40,874 nucleotides of DNA from a virus (lineage: Duplodnaviria > Caudoviricetes). Shown piece by piece: positions 10,301-16,958 of this stretch (positions within the stretch are counted from its first letter, which is position 1; every line of letters begins with the position of its first letter). The stretch lies in IMG/VR virus record IMGVR_UViG_3300028923_000041, positions 1-40,874 of that record; one strand, given 5' to 3'. A program made the translations under genes and the position numbers. A model generated the notes under the pieces. That model saw nothing but the letters and a program-made list of their open reading frames with translations. It was not told the origin of the DNA and ran no database searches.

Positions 10301-11270
10301 CAGCCAGCTTCAGCAGGGCCACGGCGCCCTCGCTGCCTGCCAGGGCCACGGCTGTCTGGAATCGCTGGACAGGATCTTCGATGGCTGCGATCTTGTTTGC
10401 CGTCTCGATGAGGGTATTTGGCAGGTCCCCGGCGATCTTGGTCTTCAGCTCATCGACGCCCACGCCCATGAGCTTGGCCCAATTGTCCATGCCGCCAGTC
10501 TTCGAGGTCTCTGATGTCAGGGTGTTCAGGGCACTCTTGATGCCCGTGGCAGCGACTTCTGACGAGAGGCCGGTGGATATCAGTGTGCCGCCAAGGGCAG
10601 CAACCTGGGGTATCGTGAGGCCCATAGTGGTGTTGAGGAACGAGGCCCGGTTGGCGAAGTCCAGCACCTCAGGTTCCGTGGCGGCCATAGAGTCGCCGAT
10701 CTGGTTGACGACGTTGCCGAGGGCCTGCATATTGGCGGTATCTATGGGCTGGCCGAATGCCGTCAGGATCTTGGCAGCAGACGTTGCGGCTTCCTCTGCG
10801 GGCATCTCGAAGGCTACTGACATCTGGGCGGCGGTCTCTGCGAATCCTGCGATGCTCTCAGATGCGACACCAAGAGAGCCGCCGACCGCTGCCAGGCCGG
10901 CCAGGTCCGTAGCCACAACTGGGACCTGGGTCGAAAGTAGCTGCAGGTCCTCCCCCAATTTCGAGAAATATGAGCTTGCCTGGCTGTCATCGACAGAGAT
11001 TACTTTCTTTGCTCCGCTCATAGCGGTTTCAAACGCAGCGGCATTCTGGACACTACCCACCAGCGCAGATCCCAACGCGGTGATTGCGAGAGCGGCTGCA
11101 GTGGCTGGGTTGGCCATCGTTCCAAGGATGGTTCCGAGCGGTCCCAGGTTGGCTGTGGCCGTCTGGGTGTGGATGCCCATGTCCTTGAGATGACCGTTGA
11201 TCTGCTGAGCTCCGCTGGCAAATCCTTGCGCATCAAGTGTTGTCCTGAAGGCTAATTCGGTATCAGACAA
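7329..11270 (-). CDS. Tail tape measure protein (TP901-family core)
   Basis: 1313 aa, Ala/Gly-rich and helical. Core FETAMSGAKKV...LSTQVPVVATDLAGLAAVGGSLG; TTG start; acidic C-terminal half. Confidence 0.93.
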   Translation of the reverse strand: MSDTELAFRTTLDAQGFASGAQQINGHLKDMGIHTQTATANLGPLGTILGTMANPATAAALAITALGSALVGSVQNAAAFETAMSGAKKVISVDDSQASSYFSKLGEDLQLLSTQVPVVATDLAGLAAVGGSLGVASESIAGFAETAAQMSVAFEMPAEEAATSAAKILTAFGQPIDTANMQALGNVVNQIGDSMAATEPEVLDFANRASFLNTTMGLTIPQVAALGGTLISTGLSSEVAATGIKSALNTLTSETSKTGGMDNWAKLMGVGVDELKTKIAGDLPNTLIETANKIAAIEDPVQRFQTAVALAGSEGAVALLKLAGQQDAYNSVLAESISQWDKGQAGESGGMAKTFEANSATFSAQMQILSNAVTYASVAVGNVFLPTLTTAAGGLAGLVVGVTQAAQSFGGIVTGSQAFAALSSVISAVGSVAQAIFGNMQAMFTPIWAAIGQGAGAMSGLQAAFNLLTAPLTIVWTGISTLISGFAAFESAMQPVASTLGGGIATAITAVSEAFSVTSAVMTAFGQSISEVVSESDTIQSLSDAFSTASDAISGVVDAIESTITDMIDWITDQFTSIGDALDITDAAETMTSGALDSVESTLDSYGFGGVLDFMSGVAGKANTILDTEAAAKEQADAAAKAEADRIAENEKLQEAGAEAIEAGKDLAVDSAEDVGKAAGDAISSEIKSGIEAGYSDLETLAIINNSSSSAFEYSSAFGRGSGAKVAQQDGIEYTLSYVGTKVGTDAKLLIDGQEMASGSYTSESAEDIISDLFSQSKATLLDETSLTLQGRTGEAALVSQTDSIKLDYDVLVENYGEQVANRLENQGAVVAAAASQTAVDAYNGLLENMKSPMIENLSEVYDEIAALSAEDPLHASEYQLFGEEFEAKIASQVTDAETFVTSELDGFKSTATSALEDGIIDTDEANSLLGMEDELNYLKEYFPEEFEAIGGNSALALIAALKAGDYEEAGKIIGTEFSSGVETGILGTDMTDVAGSIDLADILADPEEFKETVMDIPDFMENTFQPAIESEIDYFATQWDSGYGKARESATNFMNDMENTAEEMPSLFTERQLSIISDYKNKVIDAGTALAELKEEVSETADEVEEINYAMEESDFEETMFYSSYIGPTSGYYDWLVNKSGRSEDEIRTILINADTVEANTALETLDAKIASARTLKVSVETTGDTDILDLATTNVGGIDWLSTDSTVASTAETTKTIKITADTSDIDSDLTRIESEITTYHTELNEIQTLINPMKVSLDISAAQDTIDEFVREINALSPVVHVTVDIDAYAWEIQDAVENAVIEALANVRA

Positions 11271-11310
11271 AGCAGTAACCTCTATATAATATTAGAACAA
11301 TGTAATCCAC

Positions 11311-11643
11311 ATGGAACTAAGTCCAGAAGTCAAGGCGCAGCTCATAGCAGATATCGAGAAAGGCGATGAGGCGGCCCTTCGAGGCATGATGGAGACGCTG
11401 AGGATCTGCCTCGGAGATAGCGATCCCAATGCCATATACGTATCACTGTCATTTGAGCAGATGAAGTACCTCGAAAAGTGGCAGCAGACATTCAACGGCA
11501 TCTTGGATGAGGCAGGAACGCTAAGGATGATCCTGGATGTGCTGAAAAGCAAAATACCCGATCCGGTAGCTACCACACGGGACGCAATGGCAAAGCAACT
11601 TGCCACCCAAATGGGCAAAGGTGCTCGAAAGGTAGCGCCCTAA
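11311..11643 (+). CDS. Antisense inserted gene, possible ribbon-helix-helix protein
   Basis: 110 aa filling the gap between chaperone and TMP. TATA-like CTATATAAT at ~11282-11290. IYVSLS-EQMKYLEKWQQ-EAGTLRMILD fits a strand-helix-helix pattern. Confidence 0.65.
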   Translation: MELSPEVKAQLIADIEKGDEAALRGMMETLRICLGDSDPNAIYVSLSFEQMKYLEKWQQTFNGILDEAGTLRMILDVLKSKIPDPVATTRDAMAKQLATQMGKGARKVAP

Positions 11644-11954
11644 TCATCTTTTTTCGCTCGCATTTCCCTGAGCTGCTCGGACCGCTCTGCGGCTGACACC
11701 ATCCGAGTCACGCCCGGCAGTCGCGTTCGCTCTTTTGCTTCCTCTCTGGCCTTCTCGTGGGCCTCATTTTCCGCCTCGATGAGGCGATTGAGAAGGTGAT
11801 TATCTGCCAGGATCTTCTCTTCGGGGAGAAGGCCATCTAAAAAGGAAGGAGCTATCAGCCCGTACTCACTCGCCAGCATCAGTGGGCTGCACCCGAAGCC
11901 CTTTGCCACCCTTCCGACGAGGTACATTATCTTTGATTTCGCTATCAGTGGCAT
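11640..11954 (-). CDS. Tail assembly chaperone, second ORF (gpT-like)
   Basis: Lies between tube and TMP and overlaps the upstream chaperone ORF by 89 nt in its +1 frame. Confidence 0.6.
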   Translation of the reverse strand: MPLIAKSKIMYLVGRVAKGFGCSPLMLASEYGLIAPSFLDGLLPEEKILADNHLLNRLIEAENEAHEKAREEAKERTRLPGVTRMVSAAERSEQLREMRAKKDD

Positions 11955-12387
11955 CCTCGCTTGCTCCGGGAAAGCACAGGCCCTCTAGCCGGAAGAATTC
12001 CCCGCTGCCGATCCTTGAGAGCAGTATGTCGCCCTTTTCTGTGGCCTTCTCACCTACCAGATCGTTCTTGATCTGGATGTTCAGCAGGGCGAGGGAGTTC
12101 ATCTTGGGGATCCTCTCTCTGGACCATTTCTTGAAGTCGAATTTTGGCCGTCTGACCCGGTTGCTGTTGGGGTTCTGCATCGTCTGGCCATCGTCATAGT
12201 CGAGGGAGCTGGCGATGGACTGCGGTATGTAGCGGACCTTCACTCTGTGATTGCGTCCGGTGCTATCCTTGGTCAGCAACTCCAGGATTGTTACCTCTTC
12301 CCTAATCTCCTGGCCCATTGCCTCGGCGAGGGCAGCGGCATTCTCTTCTGGATCGATTATTCCATCATCAAAATTCTTGTCGTTCAT
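11866..12387 (-). CDS. Tail assembly chaperone (gpG-like)
   Basis: 173 aa immediately after the tail tube gene; GGTGA RBS upstream. Call is positional. Confidence 0.65.
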   Translation of the reverse strand: MNDKNFDDGIIDPEENAAALAEAMGQEIREEVTILELLTKDSTGRNHRVKVRYIPQSIASSLDYDDGQTMQNPNSNRVRRPKFDFKKWSRERIPKMNSLALLNIQIKNDLVGEKATEKGDILLSRIGSGEFFRLEGLCFPGASEDATDSEIKDNVPRRKGGKGLRVQPTDAGE

Positions 12388-12456
12388 GCTATTATCACCT
12401 GATTATTATCAATATCTTTCTGAACTAAAAATATAAAAGACAAATAGGGCAGATAC

Positions 12457-13830
12457 CTATGTGTCGAATGCATAGCCTTCAGCATTCACAATAGTGATAG
12501 ACGGCCTGTCAGAGGCTACGCCAGTGTCGACGGCGGCAAACTCGACATCGATCTTCCTGAGTCCGTCCTTGAACATGGTTTTCGGGGCGTTCTTGTAGGC
12601 CATCACCGGGATAGTGACCCGCTTCATCTCGCGGTAGTGGGAGCAGAAGTAGAATCTGTCACCGTCCGCTCCTGCGGTGGTGCTGGAGAACGTAGCCTCG
12701 ATTCCAAGGCAGCCCGCGAGAGCCACCCCCGCACCCGTGGTGACAGCCGCATACTCACTCCATGCGCTCCAAGCGCCGCCTGTGGTGTAGCGGAAGCGGA
12801 ACTCATCTGGTGTGCCCTGCTTGATCTCCATCTCACCGACAGTGACGACATCCCCGCCAGTGTAGGTACCTGCGAATGTGACTGCCAGGGTTCCGGCGTT
12901 GCAATAATCAGCTTCTCCGTTCACCCCTGCATAGATAGAAGATCCGAAGAACGAAAAGCGAGCCTTCAGGTACCGGACTACATCAGAATATCGTGTCTGT
13001 GCGGTGGGATCGGTGTTCACCGGATACATAGCTCTCATAAGCTCTTCTCTGTCGGTATCTATGCCGGTGAGTTTTAGCTCGCAGTTAGATTTCTTCGAAT
13101 TTACGATATTGTGGCTTGAACTGCCTGCCGGATGTTGGCCAGGCTTACCGAGCGCACCAAACCCGAGATTGCGCTTTAAGGTGATCGTCATATCCTCTAC
13201 GAGATCCCTGATGGCCGCTCCAGGCTGGCCGATCTCCGCTCGCAGGCCCGCAAATGTGAGCTGGCTGGCAGAATCCGGATCGATGAACTCATCCGTCTCG
13301 ACTGCTCCTGATGTCAGGTGCTCCAGTGACGCGCCCTGCGCCTTGAAATCAATCTCAAGCGAGCCGTCGCTGCTCTTGCCCTTGACATCGATACTGTCTA
13401 TTGCACACATGCGGTACTGATCGTCGTCATTTGTGCCATAGTGACAGAAGGCAGTGAATGTTTTTATCAGATCTGACCATGAAAGCACATGCTCCCACAC
13501 GTGGCTGGCGACAAGCACGCTCATAGTATCATCACCCAGGGCGCATGCCAACAGAGGTCCGAGACCATTGCCGCTCAGGATCGGGAACATGGGCAGTGAC
13601 ATCTCAAAGCTCTCAGGCCCTGGTATGGGCAGCGTCGGGAATGCCTGGCCAGCCACCTCGTTGAACTTGGGTGCCTTCTTGGTGACTGGCGCCATGTCGC
13701 CTCTCAGCACTATGTAGCCGTTGGCCTTCGGGTCTGCGACCTTCTGAGGCGCGCTTTCTGGTGTTCCGGATGTCGCTTCTAATTTTATCGCCACGAATCC
13801 GGTGGCGTTTGTCTGTGCTCCTTGTACCAT
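12457..13830 (-). CDS. Major tail / tail tube protein with inserted beta domain
   Basis: 457 aa after the tail terminator. N-terminal VAIKLEATSGT, GLGPLLACALG and YRMCAIDSIDVK are typical tube motifs. Confidence 0.8.
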   Translation of the reverse strand: MVQGAQTNATGFVAIKLEATSGTPESAPQKVADPKANGYIVLRGDMAPVTKKAPKFNEVAGQAFPTLPIPGPESFEMSLPMFPILSGNGLGPLLACALGDDTMSVLVASHVWEHVLSWSDLIKTFTAFCHYGTNDDDQYRMCAIDSIDVKGKSSDGSLEIDFKAQGASLEHLTSGAVETDEFIDPDSASQLTFAGLRAEIGQPGAAIRDLVEDMTITLKRNLGFGALGKPGQHPAGSSSHNIVNSKKSNCELKLTGIDTDREELMRAMYPVNTDPTAQTRYSDVVRYLKARFSFFGSSIYAGVNGEADYCNAGTLAVTFAGTYTGGDVVTVGEMEIKQGTPDEFRFRYTTGGAWSAWSEYAAVTTGAGVALAGCLGIEATFSSTTAGADGDRFYFCSHYREMKRVTIPVMAYKNAPKTMFKDGLRKIDVEFAAVDTGVASDRPSITIVNAEGYAFDT

Positions 13831-13834
13831 TGAT

Positions 13835-14299
13835 TCACACTCCTATGTATTTTAGCCGGATTGTGGCTTGAATCTCGATTCTATCATTGAATTGATCGTC
13901 ATCTAATGACGTGAAATTGATGTTAGGGATTGAAGAAATGTGATAAGTAACTCCATTAAGTTCTTGATCGAACCCTGAGCGCAAAAGGCGCTCCACTTCA
14001 GCGCCTATCGCATAAGCGTAAGAATCGTCCTGCCTGGTGGCGCTGAGCAGAGTTATGATCCGGATCTCCATGAGCTGATCGTGCTTGCCGCCACCGTGAT
14101 AGGCGGCACCGCCCAGGGGCTGGCTATTCTTGGATAGGCTCCGGATGCCAATGCAGGCCCGCTGAGTGCCTTCCAAGAATTGGTCTGCTGCGGCTCTGCG
14201 GAATCCGGGGATGATTTGCCCGTCGCAGAGTGCGTTGAGTGTGGAATCATCCTGGAGGCGCTGAGCGACGGCAGAAACATAGGCCGAGATGTCAACCAA
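13835..14299 (-). CDS. Tail terminator / completion protein
   Basis: 154 aa; AVAQRLQDDSTLNALCDGQI...AIGAEVERLL pattern; sits before the tube gene. Confidence 0.75.
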   Translation of the reverse strand: MVDISAYVSAVAQRLQDDSTLNALCDGQIIPGFRRAAADQFLEGTQRACIGIRSLSKNSQPLGGAAYHGGGKHDQLMEIRIITLLSATRQDDSYAYAIGAEVERLLRSGFDQELNGVTYHISSIPNINFTSLDDDQFNDRIEIQATIRLKYIGV

Positions 14300-14812
14300 T
14301 TAGATATTCCCCCAGGCCCCTACATCCAAGTCCGCAAAGTCGCTCATGGCGGCGTTGGCTGTGACTATCCCCTTCATTTTTTCATTCCACAGATCCATCA
14401 TCTTCGGCTGTGCCTTGTGGTAGCCGATCTCGATTGGGTGATAGAGGTCCTCCTGCCGCTTGCCATAGTTGTAGCCTGACCCACCGCCACTCTTTTGGGC
14501 AGCCTTTACCTTCTTCTTCACATTTTTTGTATATTTCCCTTCGGCCTTGAGCGAAGTCATGGCCTCGGATACGCCAGAAAATGCACCCTTGGACCCCACC
14601 CAAAGCTCATACTTGTACGCCCCCAGCTCCGTTACTTCTGCGTGAATGGTGCTGTCCCAGTTGCCGGTTTTCTTATTGGTGAGCGGATGGATCTCGTTGA
14701 GCGCCAGGACTCCCATCTGTCTGGCAAGCTTTGGCAGGTTCTCCATTTTCTGCCGCTTGGCCTCGATTCCTGCAATGACTTCGCCCATGTTGATAAAAGA
14801 AATCGATGTCAT
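14300..14812 (-). CDS. HK97 gp10-like neck/tail component
   Basis: HPLTNKKTGNWDSTI...WVGS...YGKRQE pattern. Start moved to ATG 14812, just after the upstream stop and GGTGTGAT. Confidence 0.65.
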   Translation of the reverse strand: MTSISFINMGEVIAGIEAKRQKMENLPKLARQMGVLALNEIHPLTNKKTGNWDSTIHAEVTELGAYKYELWVGSKGAFSGVSEAMTSLKAEGKYTKNVKKKVKAAQKSGGGSGYNYGKRQEDLYHPIEIGYHKAQPKMMDLWNEKMKGIVTANAAMSDFADLDVGAWGNI

Positions 14813-14813
14813 A

Positions 14814-15005
14814 TCACACCATGCTCTTTTTGACATCTTCCTCCGAAAAATAGATCTCTCTGATCTCAGAGGAGTTGAAAAGAATCACGTCGCCCTTTCC
14901 GGTGCTGTATTGAACAGTCGTTGGCTCTTTCAGGATCCCTCTCCAAAGGGCAACGTCACAAGAATCATCATCGATGACGGTTCCGGATTTCAATATGAGC
15001 TTCAT
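14814..15005 (-). CDS. Hypothetical protein (63 aa, beta-rich)
   Basis: ATGA-coupled to the upstream gene. Confidence 0.6.
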   Translation of the reverse strand: MKLILKSGTVIDDDSCDVALWRGILKEPTTVQYSTGKGDVILFNSSEIREIYFSEEDVKKSMV

Positions 15006-15253
15006 ATCTTTTGCTCGATCCCATCGACTTTCTTCAGGATCTCTTTGGCCTGTTGGTCGTGATCGTTCAGCCGCTCAAGCATCCTGTCCATAGTCGTGGC
15101 CAGCTTGATCTGCTGCTCACAAAGCCGCGTCTGTCCGTCGCATGTGGCCTTGAGCTGTTGGCCCATCTGAGTGGTCACCCACCAGACCAAGAATACCGCT
15201 ATTCCAATAGCCAGGCCCTGGTTGGTGAGAAAAGAAAGGAGTTCGGTCTCCAT
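15002..15253 (-). CDS. Holin-like membrane protein (YvrJ/BhlA-like architecture)
   Basis: 83 aa; single TM (GLAIGIAVFLVWWV) followed by a coiled coil; GGAGG RBS. Confidence 0.6.
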   Translation of the reverse strand: METELLSFLTNQGLAIGIAVFLVWWVTTQMGQQLKATCDGQTRLCEQQIKLATTMDRMLERLNDHDQQAKEILKKVDGIEQKI

Positions 15254-15264
15254 AGAGACCTCCC

Positions 15265-15534
15265 CTACAGGATTTGCTCTAAGATACGGCCAACGGCGGC
15301 TTTGGCGGCCAGAGCGACCGAATCATTTCCAAGAGCCCCCACTTTGGCCAAGGTATCTTCAATCTCAGCCTCATCGATCTTTCCATCCTTCAGCTTCCCG
15401 GCGAGATCCTTCAGCGCACCGCCAACCATGTCCATGATAGAAGCCACTGTGGTGGCGTCTACGGGCGTTGCCTTCAGTGCCGTTCCCAGGGCCATGCTCA
15501 GGCCCTTAGCTGCCATTTCACCAAGTAACGACAT
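15265..15534 (-). CDS. Hypothetical amphipathic helical protein
   Basis: 89 aa; GGAGGTGA RBS upstream; Ala/Leu/Gly-rich helices. Confidence 0.7.
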   Translation of the reverse strand: MSLLGEMAAKGLSMALGTALKATPVDATTVASIMDMVGGALKDLAGKLKDGKIDEAEIEDTLAKVGALGNDSVALAAKAAVGRILEQIL

Positions 15535-15744
15535 TTAGTTCACCTCCACAAACTCGATCCAGCCCTTTGCCCTGTAGAACTCGATCTGCTCATCCGAGAA
15601 CTCGAAGGCATTGTACCAGGGGCCTTTGTCCTTGGTGCCTTCCAGGACAACCAGCTCATTGTTCACATTTTCACTCACATTCTTTGGGCCGAAATCACCC
15701 CGGCGAATGCCGCCCTTTTTGGTGCAATAGAATTTTTCACTCAT
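15535..15744 (-). CDS. Hypothetical protein (69 aa)
   Basis: TGATG coupling with the upstream gene supports the start MSEKFY. Confidence 0.6.
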   Translation of the reverse strand: MSEKFYCTKKGGIRRGDFGPKNVSENVNNELVVLEGTKDKGPWYNAFEFSDEQIEFYRAKGWIEFVEVN

Positions 15745-16115
15745 CAAAACCACATCACTGTATCATTGATGATCGTAACATTCTCTGTACTGGCGTTTCC
15801 TACGTTTGTCAAATTTTCAGTCGAGCTAGTGGTGAACTGCTGCAGTGATTCCGGCATCCCGGCGGGTAGCTCATCGCCCTTGTTGGTGTTCACTTCCCAA
15901 GTGCAATAGTGACCAAAATTAGGCACCTGTATCAGAGCGAAGGCACTTAGATTCCCGTCCTGAGTCGCAAAAAGCTTTGGTGTGACGGGATCGACGCCAG
16001 AGAGACTAACCGTGCCTGGAGAATCACGGTATTTCAGGTCGTCTGAAGGGATACCAGAAGCGAGAGATATGAGGAGGACTGCAGCTATGATTCGTAGCAC
16101 AGGGGAATCTGTCAC
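15744..16115 (-). CDS. Secreted putative glycoprotein
   Basis: 123 aa; signal-like RIIAAVLLISLASG; 5 sequons (NLS, NLT, NAS, NVT, NDT). Confidence 0.65.
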   Translation of the reverse strand: MTDSPVLRIIAAVLLISLASGIPSDDLKYRDSPGTVSLSGVDPVTPKLFATQDGNLSAFALIQVPNFGHYCTWEVNTNKGDELPAGMPESLQQFTTSSTENLTNVGNASTENVTIINDTVMWF

Positions 16116-16474
16116 TTGCCTGCCCCCAGGGTGCTCAGGTTCTTGAATCCGGGCGTGCCTTCTTTGCCGCGCTTACGCATTTTTTCAAGCTCGGGCTTTG
16201 GATCGTTGCCATAGCACTCTATCCATTCCGATCTTGTCAGTGGCTCTCCCCGATCTGGTGTGATATACATCAGATTAGGCTCATCTCCAATGACGCCCAC
16301 CGGCTTTTTCCATTCAAAACCGGTCGGCAGGATGCACCCACATGCTTGATCCGAAGTGCCATAGTTTTCAGGCATTGGTGTATTGGGCGCACCGCAACTT
16401 CTGCACAAGAATTTTTTGGGCATTGCTGGAAGAGTGGTTATCTCCCCACAACCAGCGCATTTTAGATCTACCAT
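16112..16474 (-). CDS. Zinc-ribbon protein
   Basis: 120 aa; CAGC...CRSC; GAGGTGA RBS. Confidence 0.7.
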   Translation of the reverse strand: MVDLKCAGCGEITTLPAMPKKFLCRSCGAPNTPMPENYGTSDQACGCILPTGFEWKKPVGVIGDEPNLMYITPDRGEPLTRSEWIECYGNDPKPELEKMRKRGKEGTPGFKNLSTLGAGK

Positions 16475-16483
16475 TTTGTCACC

Positions 16484-16630
16484 TCACAATTTTCTGATTA
16501 TTGTTTTCCTGACTATTATCATGGGATTTCGAGACTCTTTGATTCGCTTGATGCGAGCCTCCGCCCAATCGAGATCAGAATCATCAAGTCCCCTGAGAAG
16601 TGCATCAAGAAAATCCAAGTCTGCGCTCAT
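16484..16630 (-). CDS. Small protein (48 aa, MSADLDFLDALLRG...), not in the ORF track
   Basis: Translated by hand; fills the gap co-directionally; GAGG upstream. Confidence 0.5.
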   Translation of the reverse strand: MSADLDFLDALLRGLDDSDLDWAEARIKRIKESRNPMIIVRKTIIRKL

Positions 16631-16724
16631 TGGGCCTCACAAAATGCTAATCACCCAGATCGGAGCTGGGGCTGGACAAAGAGATATACTGCTTGAAAGA
16701 CGCTACAAATTGAGAAAATGGACT

Positions 16725-16958
16725 CTAATTATCTTCCGGATCAAAGAGAATGCCGTGATCTCCGGGATAGGCCTCTTTGTGGAGATTTTTGCCCATAAAA
16801 ATCTCATCAGGAATTCTATCCGGGAATGCTTTGCAGAAATTGTTGTCTGCAGTAACATCCAGTATGAAGTTCCTGCAATGTAAGCAGGGAGAGTAGCCAA
16901 AAAGCTCCTCAGCAACGTCCCTGAGGTTCCTATCCTGCTCTTTTGTAACAGCCATCAT
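16725..16958 (-). CDS. Cys/His protein coupled to MuF-GNAT, candidate immunity/partner
   Basis: 77 aa; CLHC...CKAFPDRIPDEIFMG...H...YPGDHGILF, a motif I recall next to phage MuF effector genes; ATGA overlap with the MuF stop. Confidence 0.7.
   Translation of the reverse strand: MMAVTKEQDRNLRDVAEELFGYSPCLHCRNFILDVTADNNFCKAFPDRIPDEIFMGKNLHKEAYPGDHGILFDPEDN

Noticed and set aside
9466-11193. Long plus-strand ORFs (e.g. 10189-11193, 334 aa) and similar ORFs opposite structural genes
   Set aside because: They are antisense shadows of the TMP and other strong genes, with Ser/Pro/Arg-biased, motif-free translations.
11866-11990. Canonical -1 slippery heptamer for the tail chaperones
   Set aside because: The downstream ORF is in the +1 frame, and TTTCCCG is not phased as X XXY YYZ.
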